The position numbers and the translations under genes were made by a program. A stretch of 64,000 nt of DNA. Origin: the human T2T-CHM13v2.0 reference genome, Homo sapiens. The stretch is taken from NCBI RefSeq assembly GCF_009914755.1, contig NC_060938.1; one strand, given 5' to 3'. Below, piece by piece: positions 34,673 through 47,979 of this stretch. Positions within the stretch are counted from its first letter, which is position 1. The number at the start of each line of letters is the position of its first letter. Under the pieces are notes generated by a model that worked only from the letters and a program-made list of their open reading frames with translations, ran no database searches and was not told the origin of the DNA.

Positions 34673-37600
34673 TATATTAGTCCATTCTGACATTACTATA
34701 AAGAACTGTAGGAGAGCAGCCCCAGTGCTTATAGATAAAACTCCCATCTCCCTAGGACAGAGCACCTGGGGGAATGGGCGGCTCTGGGTGCAGCTTCGGC
34801 AGACTTAAATGTTCCTGCCTGCCAGCTCTGAAGAGAGCAGCAGATCCCCCAGCACAGCATTCGAGCTCTGCTAAGGGATGGACTGCCTCCTCAAGTGGGT
34901 CCCTGACCCTCATGCCTCCTGACTGGGAGACACCTCCCAGCAAGGGTTGACAGACACCTCATACAGGAGAGCTCCGGGTGGCATCTGCCAGGTGCCCCTC
35001 TGGGACGAAGCTTCCAGAGGAAGGAACAGGTAGCAATCTTTGCTGTTCTGCAGCCTCCGCTGGTGATACCTAGGCAAACAGGGTCTGGAGTGGACCTCCA
35101 GCAAACTAGAGCAGACCTTCAGCAGAGGGGCCTGACTGTTAGAAGGAAAACTAATGAACAGAAAGGAATAGCATCAACATCAACAAAAAGGATGTCCACC
35201 AAGAGACCCCATCCTAAGGTCACCAACATCAAAGAACAAAGATAGAGAAATCCACGAAGTTGAGGAGGAACCAGCACAAAAGACTGAAAATTCCAAAAAC
35301 CAGAATGCCTCTTCTCCTCCAAAGTATCACAACTCCTTGCCAGCAAGGGAACAAAACTGGAATGAGAATTAGTTTGATGAATTGACAAAATTAGGCTTCA
35401 GAAGGTGGGTAATAACAAACTTCTCTGAGCTAAAAGAGCTGTTCTAACCCAATGCAAGAAGCTAAGAACCTTGAAAAAAAGTTAGATGAATTGCTAACTA
35501 GAGTAACCAGTTTAGAGAAGAACATAAGTGACCTTATGGAGCTGAAAAACAGCACAACAACTTTGTGAAGCATACACAAGTATCAATAGGCGAATCGATC
35601 AAGCGGAAGAAATGATATCAGAGATTGAAGATCAACTTAATGAAATAAAGTGTGAAGACAAGATTAGAGAAAAAAGAATGAAAAGGAAACAAGCCTCCAA
35701 GAAATATGGGACTATGTGAAAAGACCAAACCTATGTTTGATTGGTGTACCTGAAAGTGACAGGGAGAATGGAACCACACTGGAAATCACTCTTCAGGATA
35801 TTATCCAGGAGAACTTTCCCAACCTAGCAAGACAGGCCAACATTCAAATTCAGGGAATACAGAGAACACCACAAAGATACTACTAGAGAAGAGCAACCCC
35901 AAGACACATAATCGTCAGATTCATCAAGGTTGAAATGAAGGAGAAAATGTTAAGGGCAGCCAGAGAGAAAGGTCAGGTTACCCACAAAGGGAAGGCCATC
36001 AGACTAACAGTGGATCTCTCAGTAGAAATCCTACAAGCCAGAAGAGAGTGGGGGCCAATATTCAACCTTCTGAAAAAAAAGAAGTTTCAACCCAGAATTG
36101 CATATCCAGCCAAATTAAGCTTCATAAGCAAAGGAGAAATAAAATCCTTTACAGACAAGCAAATGCTGAGAGATTTTGTCACCACCAGGCCTTCCTCACA
36201 AGAGCTCCTGATGGAAGCACTAAATATGGGAAGAAAAAACCGGTACCAGCCACTGCAAAAACATACCAAATTGTAAAGTCTTTCGACACTATGAAGAAAC
36301 CGCATCAGCTAATGGGCAAAATAACCAGCTAGCATCATAATGACAGGATCAAATTCACACATAATATTTATATAACCTTAAATGTAAACAGGCTAAATGC
36401 CCCAATTAAAATACACAGACTGGTAAATTGGATAAAGAGTCAGGACCCATTGATGTGCTGTATTTAGGAGACTGATCTCAATCCTAGTCTCTGAAAAAAC
36501 AGACTTTAAACCAACAAAGATAAAAAAAAAAGACAAAGAAGGGCTTTTTACATTTTTACAAAGAAGGGCTTTACCATTACATAATGGTAAAGGGATCAAT
36601 GCAACAAGAGCTAACTATCCTAAATACATATGCACCCAATACAGGAGCACCCAGATTCATAAAGCAAGTTCTTAGAGACCTACAAAGAGACTTAGACTCC
36701 CACACAATAATAGTGGGAGACTTTAACACCCCACTGTCAATATTAGACAGCTCAATGAGACAGAAAATTAATAAGGATATTCAGGATTTGAACTCAGCTC
36801 TGGACCAAGCGGACCTAATAGACATCTACAGAACTCTCCACCCGAAACCAACAGAATATACATTCTTCTCAGCACCACATTTCACTTATTCTAAAATTGA
36901 CCACATAGTGGAAGTAAAACACTCTTCAGCAAATGCAAAAGAATGGAAATCATAATAGTCTCTCAGACCACAGTACAATCAAATTAGAACTCAGGACTAA
37001 GAAACTCACTCAAAACCGCGTAACTACGTGGAAACTGAGCAACCTGCTCCTGAATGACTACTGGGTAAATAACAAAATTAAGGCAGAAATCAGTAAGTTC
37101 TTTGATTCCTATGAAAACAGACACAACATAGAGGAATCTCTGGGACACAGCTAAAGCAGTGTTTAGAGGGAAATTTATAGCACTAAATGCCCACAGGAGA
37201 AAGCGGGCAAGATCTAACATCGACACCCTAACATCACAATAAAAGAACTAGAGAAGCAAGAGCAAACAAATTCGAAAGCTAGCAGAAGACAAGAAATAAC
37301 TAAGATGAGAGCTAGAGACACAAAAATCCCTTCAAAAAATCAATGAATCAGGAGTTGCTTTTTTGAAAAGATTAACAAAATAGATCGAAAGCCAGACTAA
37401 TAAAGAAGAAAAGAGAGAAGAATTAAACAGACATTATAAAAATGATAAAGGGGATATCACCACTGATCCCACAGAAATACAAACTACCATCAGAGAATGA
37501 TATAAACATCTCTACTCAAATAAACTGCAAAATCTAGAAGAAATGGATAAATTCCTGGACGCATACACCCTCCCAAGACTAAACCTGGAAGAAGTTGAAT

Positions 37601-40600
37601 CCCTGAATAGACCAATAACAAGTTCTGAAATTGAGGCAGTAATTAATAGCCTACCAACCAAAAAATACCCAGGACCAGACAGATTCACAGCCAAATTCTA
37701 CCAGAAGTACAAAGAGGAGCTGGTACCATTCCTTCTGAAACTGTTCCAAACAAGAGAAAGAGAAGGAATCCTCCCTAACTCATTTTTTGAGACCAGTATC
37801 ATCCTGATACCAAAACTTGGCAGAGACACAACAAAAAAAGAAAATTTCAGGCCAATATCCCTGATATGAACATCAATGCAAAAATCCTCAATAAAATACT
37901 GGCAAACCGAATCCAGCAGCACATCAAAAATCTTATCCACCATAATCAAGTCGGCTTTATCTCTGGGATGCAAGGCTGGTTTAACCTATGCAAATCAATA
38001 AACACAATCCATTATGTAAACCGAAGCAACGACGAAAACCACATGATTATCTCAATAGATGCAGAAAAGGCCTCCGATAAAATTCAAGAGCCTTCATGCT
38101 AAAAACTCTCAATAAACTTGGTATTGATGAAACATATCTCAAAATAATAAGTGCTATTTATGACAAACCCGCAGCCAATATAATACTGAATGGGCAAAAG
38201 CTGGAAGCATTCCCTTTGAAAACTGGCACAAGGCAAGGATGCCCTCTCTCACCACTCCTATTCAACATAGTATTGGAAGTTCTGGCCAGGGCAATCAGGC
38301 AAGAGAAAGAAATAAAGGGTATTCAAATAGGAATAGAAGACGTCAGATTGTCTCTCTTTGCAGATAACATGACTGTATATTTTGAAAACCCCATCGTCTC
38401 AGCCCAAAATCTCCTTAAGCTGATAAGCAACTTCAGCAAACTCTCAGGATACAAAATCAATGTGCAAAAATCACAAGAATTTCTATACATCAATAATAGA
38501 GAAACAGAGAGTGAAATCTTGAGTGAACTCCCATTCACAATTGCTACAAAGAGAATAAAACACTAAGAATACAACTTACAAGGGATGTGAAGGACCTCTT
38601 CAAGTACAACTACAAACCACTGCTCAAGGAAATAAGAGAGGACACAAAGAAATGGAAAAACATTCCAAGCTCATGGATAAGAAGAATCAATATCGTGAAA
38701 ATGACCATACTGCCCAAAGTAATTTATAGATTAAGTGCTATCCCAATCAAGCTACCATTAACTTTCTTCACAGAATTAGAAAAAACTACTTTAAATTTCA
38801 TATGGAACCAGAAAAGAGGCTATATAGCCAAGACAATCCTAAGCAAAAAGAACAAAGCTGGAGGCATCATGCTACCTGAATTCAAACTGTACTACAAAGG
38901 CTACAGTAACTAAAACAGCATGTTACTGGTACCAAAACAGATATATAGGCTAATGGAACAGAATGGAGTCCTTAGACATATCACCACACATCTACAGCCA
39001 TCTTATCTTTGGCAAACTTGACAAAAGCAATGGGGAAACGATTCCCTATTTAATAAATGGTGTTGGGAAAACTGGCTAGCCATATGCATAAAAGTGAAAC
39101 TAGACTCCTTCCTTACACCTCATACAAAAATTAACTCAAGATGGATTAAATACTTAAATGTAAGACCTAAAACCATAAAAACTCTAGAAGAAAACCTAGG
39201 CAATACCATTCAGGACATAGGCATGGGCAAGGACTTCATGTCTAAAACACCAAAAGCAATGGCAGCAAAAGCCAAAATTGATAAATGGGATCTAATTAAA
39301 GTAAAGAGCTTCTGCACAGCAAAAGAAACTATCATCACAGTGAACAGGCAGACTACAGAATGGGAGAAAATTTTTGCAATCCATCCATCTGACAAAGGGC
39401 CAATATCCAGAATCTAGAAGAAACTTAAACAAATATACAAGAAAAAAAAAAAAACCCCGTCAAGAAGTGGGCGAAGGATAGAACAGATATTTCCCAGAAG
39501 AAGACATTTGTGTGGCCAAAAAACATATGAAAAAAGCTCATCATCTTTCGTCACTAGAGAAATGCAAATCAAAACCACAATGTGATACCATCTCATGCCA
39601 GTTAAAATGGCTATCATTAAAATGTCAGGAAACTACAGATGCTGGAGTGGATGTGGAACAATAGGACCACTTTTACACTGTTGGTCAGAGTGTGAATTAG
39701 TTCAACCATTGTGGAAGACACTGGTGATTCCTCAAGGATCTAGAACCAGAAATACCACTTGACCCAGCAGTCCCATTACTGGGTATATACCCAAAGGATT
39801 ATAAATCATTCTACTATAAGGACACATGCACACATACGTTTATTGCAGCAATATTCACAATAGCAAAGACTTAGAACCAACCCAAGTGTCCATCAGTGAA
39901 AGACTGGATAAATCAAATTTGGCACATGTACATCATGGAATACTATGGAGCCATAAAAACGATGAGTTCATGTCCTTTGCAGGGACGTGGATGAAGCTGG
40001 AAACTATCATTCTCAGATAACTAACACAGAAAGAGAAAACCAAACACTGCATGTTCTCACTCATAAATGGGAGTCAAACAATGAGAGCACATGGACACAG
40101 GGCGTGGAATATCACACACTGGGGCCTGTCTGGGGGTTGTGGGCTAGGGAAAGGATAGCATTAGGAGAAATACCTAATGTAGATGACAGGTTGATGGGTG
40201 CAGCAAACCACCATAGCATGTGTATGTATACCTATGTAACAAACCTGCACGTTTTGCACATGTATCCCAGAACTTAAAGTATTTAAAAAAAAAAAAAAAC
40301 AAACAACTGTCCGATACTGGGCAATTTATCAATAAAAGAGGTTTAGTTGACTCACAGTTCTGCATGCTTGTGGAGCCCTCAGGAAACTTACAATTATGGC
40401 AGAAGGGGAAGCAGGCATGTCTTACATGGCATCAGGCAAGAGAGCATGTAATGGAAGCAAAGGGGGAAGAGCCCCTTATAAAACCATAAGATCTTATGAG
40501 AACTCACTATCATGAGAACAGCATAGGGGAATCCATGCCCAAGATCCAGTCACCTCCCACCAGGTCTCTTTCTCAACACCCAGGGATTACAGGGATTACA

Positions 40601-40645
40601 ATTTGAGATGAGATTTGGGTGGGGACACAAAGCCAAATCATATCA
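34673..40645 (-). mobile_element. THE1-like MaLR LTR split into 34673-34709 and 40301-40645 by an L1 insertion
   Basis: tatattagtccattctgacattactataaagaactgt resumes as ccgatactgggcaatttat...agccaaatcatatca; perfect 5-bp TSD aagat (34668-34672, 40646-40650). Confidence 0.9.
34710..40300 (+). mobile_element. Near full-length LINE-1 (L1PA7/8-like), truncated in the 5'UTR, both ORFs disrupted
   Basis: Partial 5'UTR, ORF1 fragment MKEKMLRAAREKG (35935-36276), ORF2 fragments 36584-40020, poly-A; TSD aaagaactgt (34700-34709) / aaacaactgt (40301-40310). Confidence 0.95.
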
Positions 40646-42331
40646 AAGATTTACCTCTAAACATAATAAAGACAATATACCACAAGCCCATAGTGAGTAT
40701 TATGCTCAGCACTGAAAAGTTGAAGGCCTTTTTCCTAAGATGAGGAACAAGACATGGGTACTCACCCTCACTTTTGTTCAACACAGTACTGAAAGTACTA
40801 ACCAGAACAGTTAGGCAAGTCAAAGAAATAAAAAGGATTCAAATTGGAAAGGAAGAAGTAAAATTGTCTTTCCTTATAGATAACATAACCTTATATATAG
40901 AAAAGCTTAAAGACTCCACCAAAAACCTGTTAAAATTGATTAATAAATTCCATAAAGTTGTAGATTACAAAATCAACATACAATTTTTAGTAGCATTTCT
41001 ATACAGTAACATCAAATTGCCTCAAAAGGAAATTGAGAACACAATCCTATTTACAGTAGTTTCAAAAATAAATTAGGTATAAATTTACCCAAAGAGGTAA
41101 AAACTCTGTAAGCAGAAAACTATAAACCATTTATGAAAGAAATTTAGGGAGATAAAATAAAAGGAAAGATATCCCATGTTCATGAATTGAAAGGATGAAC
41201 ATTGTTAAAGTGTCTCTACTTCCCAAAGTTATCTACAGATTCCATGCAACCCCCGTCAAAAACTCCAATGACATATTCCCCAGAAATAGAAAAAAAAAAT
41301 CCTAAAATTTGTATGACATCACAAACACTTCAAAATAGCTAGAGCAATGTTGAGTAAAAAGGATAAAACTGGAGGCCTCATAGTGCGTGCTTTGAAAATC
41401 TACTACAAAGCTGTGTTAATCAAAACAGCATGGTGCTGGCATAAAAGCAGACACACAGACTTACAGGATAGAATGGAAAAGCCAGAAAAAAATCCACACA
41501 TTTATCGCCAATTGATTGTTGATAAAAACGCCAAGATCACACAATGGGGGAAGGGCAGTCTCATCAATAAATGGTCGTAGGGAAACTGGGTGTTCACTTG
41601 CAGAAGAATAATATTAGACTCCCATCTCACATCATATATATATAAATCATCTCAAAATGGATTAAATGCTTAAATGTAAGACCTAAAACTGTGAAAGTAG
41701 TAAATAAATCATAGGAGAAAAGCTCTCTGTCATTGGTATGATCACACGTACTTTGGATATAACCCCCAAAGCACAGACGACAAAAGTACAAATAGACAAA
41801 TAGGATGACATCAAACTAAAAAGCTTCTGCACAGCAAAGGAAACAGAATGAAGAGAAAACCTGTGGAAAAGGAGAAAGTATGTGAGACCATATGTCTGAT
41901 AAGGAATTAATATCCAGAATATATGAGGAACTTGAAAGTAAGAAAACAATCTGATATAAAAACATGCAAAGGACCTATATAAACATTTTTGAAAATAAGA
42001 CATATAATTGGCCAACAGGTTTATGAAAAAGTGATGAACATTACTGATCATCAGGAAAATGCAAATTATAACTCTAATGAGATACTGTCTTATAGCTGTT
42101 AGAGTGGCTACTTTAAAAAAGACCGAAGGTAAGTATTAGCAAGGTTATGGAGAAAAGAGAACCCTTGAAGACTGTTGGTTGGGTTGTAAATTAGTATTAC
42201 AGCCATAATTGTAAACAGTATGGAGGTATCTCAAAAATAAGAAGTAGAACTATCATGTCATCCAACAATTTTACTATTTAGTGTATGTCCAAAGGAAATC
42301 ATATCAGTATCTCAAAGAGATGCCTGTATTT

Positions 42332-44810
42332 CTGTCACGGCATCCTTGGAGTGTTACTTTTCTAGCTGGGAACCTCTGTGGCTGGTATTGCCTTTGTCTG
42401 AATTTTGCTTGGGCCTGCTTGGCTTGTTCTGCCTACTCTGCCTGGCAGGATACACTCTGCTCGCACTAACAGCCTGCCAAGGGTGAGCCAGGTACGGAGT
42501 GGTGAGGGGTGTGTGAGTTAGCGTGTGATCTGGCCACTGCACACAGCCAGGCACACTAGTTGTGGTGTGGTGGACAGCTCCAGGTGCCGGCACCCTGCAA
42601 GGCTGTGGCTCAATGAGGCTTACTGCAAGCAGCTTCCATGGCTGCCACTGGGGTAGGCAGTGGTGCCTGGAAGCTTGGAGACTTCAGGAACTGCAGAGCC
42701 CCATTGAGGGTGTCACAGCTCTGGCTTGGGGAGCTCTTAAGTCTGGGCTCCCTGAAGTGCTACAGCTCTTCTCTCCTTCTTGTCACCTGCAACGTGGCAA
42801 GCAAGGGGCGTGTTTCAGCCCTGTTTGTGTTACTGCTCTTTCAGTCGTGCCGTTCCGCAGGTCCTGAGTTCTTGTCCTGTGTCCAGGAAGAATGAGTTAT
42901 GTGGACAAGTGGAGGGTGAACAAGGTGAAGAGATCCTTTATTGAGTGACAGAACAGCTTAAAGGAGACCCACAGTGGGTAGCTCCTCTCTGCAGGCAGGG
43001 CATCCTGACAAGTGTTCAGCTCTCAGCAGAGAGGAGACCCATAGTGGGTAGCTTCTCTCCACAGGCAGGTTGTCCCATCATCTGCTCAGCTCTCAGCAGA
43101 GAGGAGACCCTCAGTGGGTGGCTCTTTTCTGCTGGCAGATTGTCCTGTCATCTGCTTGAGTTTGGCTGAGTCCAGGGTTTCTATGGGCTTCAGAGGGGAG
43201 GAAGTGCATGCTGATTGGTCCATGGAAAGCCATGGGCAGGCCCAGAAAAAGCACCAGAAGTTCTCCCTCCAGTCCATGGCACTGGCAGTCCAGTCCCCAA
43301 ACCTCAGGCTGTCTCTGACCTGAAGATGAGGTTTCACCAGGTACCTGCCCCTTTCCATCTAGGCCTGTCTGCCTCCTGCTGCCATTAACCTGCCATCCAC
43401 GGTGCCCATGGTGCCCAGGCTGTTTGTGCTGAATGTTGCCTGCAGGCCTGCATCAAGCCACTCTTAGCCCCCTGTCAGCCTTTCTCCCATCCTCTTTGGT
43501 ACCCAAAGTCTGGAGGGGGCCAAGGCATGAGGGGGCTGGTGTGTCATAGCTGCCCTGAATGTGTGCACACCTGGCTGATTCATGACAGTGCCCAGGCTTG
43601 GCCACAACTTTGCTTCAAAATTGGAGCGGGTGTTTGTAGTGGGTGCTTGGAGTGGGGAGAGGCTAGGCAGCAGGAGCAGTCACTTACAAGCTTGTGGGTC
43701 AGCAGGGCTTCCTGGGTCCCCAAGAGTGTAGAGATGCCCGGGTTTGCAGCCACAGCTTGACGGCTACAACTGCGCCCGGGGGGCGGGGCTCCCACCTGTT
43801 TAACTTGGAATGGGCTGGGAGCTTCCACCTGTTCTTGGTTCCTGCTGGCTCCGTGGAGTGCACAGCCCCAGCTGTGCCTCCCCCACTGCATCTGGTGTCA
43901 TTGATGATGCCAGGGATTGATTGACACCATTCCAGACAGGCTGCCGCTGCCTTCAGTCCCTGCTCTGAAGAGGTACATCTGCTGCCATTAGGATAGGGAC
44001 AATGACTGCTCTTAACTGCTTCATGCTGACAGGGGGCATTGTTTATGGGGAAAATGGCAGTTATGTCTTCTTAGAGGCCCTATCTAAGGGTCCCTAGTAA
44101 AAGTAAAAGGGAGCCATCAGCCAAGTTTCCATTTGCATGACCATTTGGAGTTTGATGGCCCGAAGGCGAGAAGAGACAAACCGGGTTATTGGAAGACATG
44201 GATCAAAACAAAACAAAGGGGTAAGGACAGCTCAAAAACCCTGAGGCTACTCACATGCTCAAAATTAGAATATTGATCCAGATTTTTTATATTACGCATC
44301 CCTTTTGTCTCTTCTGAGCCGTAGTCAGAAATCACTGGTTGGTTCACAAGAGCAAGCTGGGTTAGTCTAAAATGCAGACCAAAACTTAAAAACAAAGTCC
44401 GGAGGGGGCTGAGGCAGCATGGAGCTGGCGTATCAGCACTGCCCCAAGCGTGCACATACCCAGCTATGTCATGACAGTGCCCAGGCTTGGCCACAACGTT
44501 GCTCCAAAATTAGAGTGGGTGCCAGGAGTGGGGAGAGGCCAGGCAGCAGGAGCAGACTCTTGCGAGACTGCAGGAGTGTCTTCCTAGGCCCTTGAGAGTG
44601 CAGAAATGCCTGGGTCTGCAGCTGTGGCTGGGTGGCTGCAGCTGCACCCAGGAGGGTAGGGCTCCTGCCCCTTCAACTTGGAAGTGGGCAGGGCTTCCAC
44701 CTGTTCCTGGCTCTTGCAGCTTTGTGGAGTCCACAAGCTCCAGCCTTACCTCCCACACTGCAGCTGGCATCATGGCAGTGGCCACTCCAGATGCCCCACT
44801 ACTACCATCA
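42332..44810 (-). mobile_element. Internally deleted ERV1 provirus with MER52/LTR27-28-type LTRs
   Basis: Full LTR 42332-43955 (tgtcacggcatccttggagtgt...), ~440 bp of internal sequence with a degenerate polypurine tract, and a partial second LTR ~44394-44810 homologous to 43505-43955; 4-bp TSD tttc/cttc. Confidence 0.82.
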
Positions 44811-45548
44811 CTTCCATGTTCATTGTGGCGTTATTTCCAATAGCCAAGATGTGGAATCAATCTAAGTGTCCATTAATGGGTGAATGGATGAAGAAAACAT
44901 GTTATATATACACAGTGAAATATCATTCACCCTTAACAAAAGAAGGAAATCCTGTCATTCTCAACATCATGGATCAACCTGTAGGACATTATGTTAAGTG
45001 AAATAAGTCAGGCACAGAAAGACATACTCATGATCTTACTTATTATAAGTGTAGTGTAAAAATGTTGACCTCATAGAAACAGTGAAATGTTGATTATCAG
45101 AGGCTAGGGTGTGGGAGGAATTAGGGAGATGTTGGTTAAAAGACAGAAAAATTTATTTAAAGTGGAGGAATAAATTCAAAGACTTGTAAATCATGGTGAC
45201 TGCAGTTAATAACAATATGTTGTATATTTGAAAATTGCTAAGACAGTAGATTTTAAGTGTTCGTACCAGAAGAAATGATAAGTATGTAAGGTAATGTATA
45301 TGTTAAATAGCTTGATTTAGCCATTCTACAGGTATCAAAGCATCATGTTTTATATTATAAATATATATAATCAGTTAAAAAAAAGTACTGAGACTCTGAG
45401 AAAGGCATTAGTTAATTTGCCCATAGTTTTATATTTAGTGAATCCAGTGGTCTTACTTCAGATGTGTATTCTTAGCCAAAAGATGCACTTGCTTTCACCT
45501 CCACTTCTGTCCCTAAAAACTGAAAAGCAAAATAAAGAGGTGGAAAGA

Positions 45549-45839
45549 GGCTGGGTGCGGTGGCTCATGCCTGCAATCCCAGCACTTTGGGAGGCCAACA
45601 TGGGCAGATCACGAGGTCAGGAGTTCAAGACCAGCCTGACCAACATGGTGAAACCCCATCTCTACTAAAAATACAAAAATTAGCTGGGCGTGGTGGCGCA
45701 TGCGTGTAATCCCAGCTACTCAGGTGGCTGAGGCAGGAGAATCGCTTGACCACGGAGGTTGCAGTGAGCTGAGATCAGCGCCACTGCACTCCAGCCTGGG
45801 CTACAGAGTGAGACTCTGTCTCAAAAAAAAAAAAAAAAA
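45549..45839 (+). mobile_element. Alu SINE (AluSg-like)
   Basis: gatcacgaggtcaggagttc; TSD ggaaaga at 45542-45548 and 45840-45846. Confidence 0.95.
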
Positions 45840-45906
45840 GGAAAGAAATTCAGTAGCCATTTCATTCAGCCTTGCAGTTGATGCAGTCTTTAGCTAAACA
45901 CTGGGA

Positions 45907-45946
45907 TAGTTTGGGAGGGAAGGCCGTAGTTTGGGAGGGAAGGCCG
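45907..45946 (+). repeat. Perfect 20-bp tandem duplication
   Basis: tagtttgggagggaaggccg occurs twice in tandem. Confidence 0.97.
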
Positions 45947-46539
45947 TTAGTACAATTTTTTTATACGTTGTGCATAAGAAGCTTTTGAGTCATGGATCTT
46001 TGATAATTACTTTCAGTAGTAACGTATCCTCGGTAATTTTTTTTACTTTCAGTAATAACATATCCTAGACAAATTTTATGCATTTTTTTCCATACTTGAA
46101 AGAAACTTTTTATTAAAAAATAGTATTAATAACGGAGCATAATCTGGTAGGAGTGTTCATTACTACTGTTTTATTGTTTTTAAGTTTTTTCCATGGGTAG
46201 AGTAGGAAACACGCATTTTTGGAGAGAAAAACATGAATCCCAAATTTATCCTCATTCCAATTTAAGATAAAGATTTTGAGGGATTTTATTTACCACTTTG
46301 GTCTTACCCTTTTTGTATATCTTTTTCTTTTATTATCCTTTTACCTCTGTTCTCTGATTTTACATTTTTTTTTGCATTTTTTTTTTTTTTTTGCTAGATG
46401 CAGGCCTAGGTATTTTATTTTACTTTTCGTTATACAGTCTTCTCGATTATTTTAACTAAGCAGGTTTTTTTGGATGGTGGGAGGAGAAGGAGAAAACATT
46501 AAGTTGTCTGCTTCTTATTTATTTTACATATTGCTTATA

Positions 46540-47220
46540 ATTCTCTTGTGAATTATTTTAGGGTTTTTATTGGTTGTTTTTGTTTTTGCCTTCCTGATAT
46601 AAAAATTATATTGCTTGCAAATAAAGATTACTTTCCTTCTTTTTCTTCCATTTTTGGCCTCTAATGTTTTCTTTACTTGTGTTGTTTAAGATATTAAATA
46701 ATAGAAGAGATAGTGGACATCCTTGTCTTATTCCTTATTTTAATGAGAAAGTACCTAACATTTCCAATTTAGTAAGTTGCTGGCTAATTGGGAAGTACAG
46801 ACACATGTGTATATCTATATATCTGTATATCTATATCTATATCTATATGTATTCAGGCTAAAAAATACCTCTTAATTTCTATGTAAACGTTAAAATTTTT
46901 ATTTTGGTAATTATGTATGATGTTGAATTATGTCACTTGAATTTTTAGCAGTTATGAAAATGAACATATAATCTTCTGTTAATATAATGGATTTTATTAA
47001 TGCATTTTTAATATTAGAAACCTTTGAATTTCTGGCATGTACCCCTCTTTCAAATGTTTTTTAGTGTTTTGGATTCTTTTGCATATTATCTCATTTAAAG
47101 TTTTTGCATCATTATTCTTCAGTGTGTTTGATTTGTACAGTTTTCTGTGCAGTTTTGTGAAGTTTTGGGGCCAATGTTATATATCTGTTATATAAAAATA
47201 ATTTGGAAATTTTCTTCCTT
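46540..47220 (-). mobile_element. Highly diverged L1M ORF2 fragments
   Basis: aataatagaagagatagtggacatccttgtcttattcc and related antisense RT-region motifs. Confidence 0.55.
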
Positions 47221-47366
47221 TTTAAAACCTAGTCCTTATTTTTATTTTATTCAGGCACTGTTTTAACAGATGATCAAGTACCTACCATGTGCTATTAACA
47301 ATAAAATTGTAATGGTAGTTAATAGTTCCTTAGCTCTTAACTATATATTTGTCAGTATTCTAAGTA

Positions 47367-47979
47367 CAGTTGATTCTCACTGCTTGAAGTAGATTTGTTC
47401 TGTGACGTAGCAGTGAATAATAAATTAGCTCTTACTGGAATTACAATGTTAGGTTCCTGTAAGCCTCTGGTCACAACATTTTTGTTCACCTATCAATACG
47501 TAACTTTTAAAAAATGTGTATTTCTGTTTAAAGACAACTTATTTAAAATATGTATTGTTGATTCATTAATATTGAACTCATGTCCCACAGCAGTATGACT
47601 CATGCCTGAAGGAAGCTTTTGTAACACACATATTTTCTCCTTAAGGCATATCACAGGCGTCTTGTGCTTAGGAACACTAGATAGCACTTGGGCATTCTAA
47701 ATAGCCAAATCATCAACAAAAAGCACAAAAATGAGAACATTGTTGCACTTAATAGACTGTGAAAAGAATAATCCTTTATAGTATGAGAGCAGAAACAAAG
47801 CAGAGCATTTGTTCAGTTTCAGCTGATAGGATGCAAATCAGGTGACTCAAAATTCTCCTCCTCCTGCACATTTCCACAAATTATTGCCAAAGTGCTACGA
47901 ATATTGATGTTGGGATACAAATAAATTTTATTGAGTAGACAAATTCATAAATGCGGAATCTGTGGATGAGGATTGATCG
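47367..47979 (+). mobile_element. MER82-like Tigger DNA transposon
   Basis: TA|cagttgattctca ... tgaggattgatcg|TA; gttaggttcctgtaagcctctggtcacaacatttt; homologous to 60020-60660. Confidence 0.85.

Noticed and set aside
34710-40300. Active L1, or an L1 ORF0 / antisense promoter unit
   Set aside because: The first part of the 5'UTR is missing and both ORFs carry many stops and frameshifts.
42281-45001. Dense cluster of short ORFs on both strands
   Set aside because: They lie in GC-rich LTR sequence where stops are rare, and no gag/pol/env motifs are visible.
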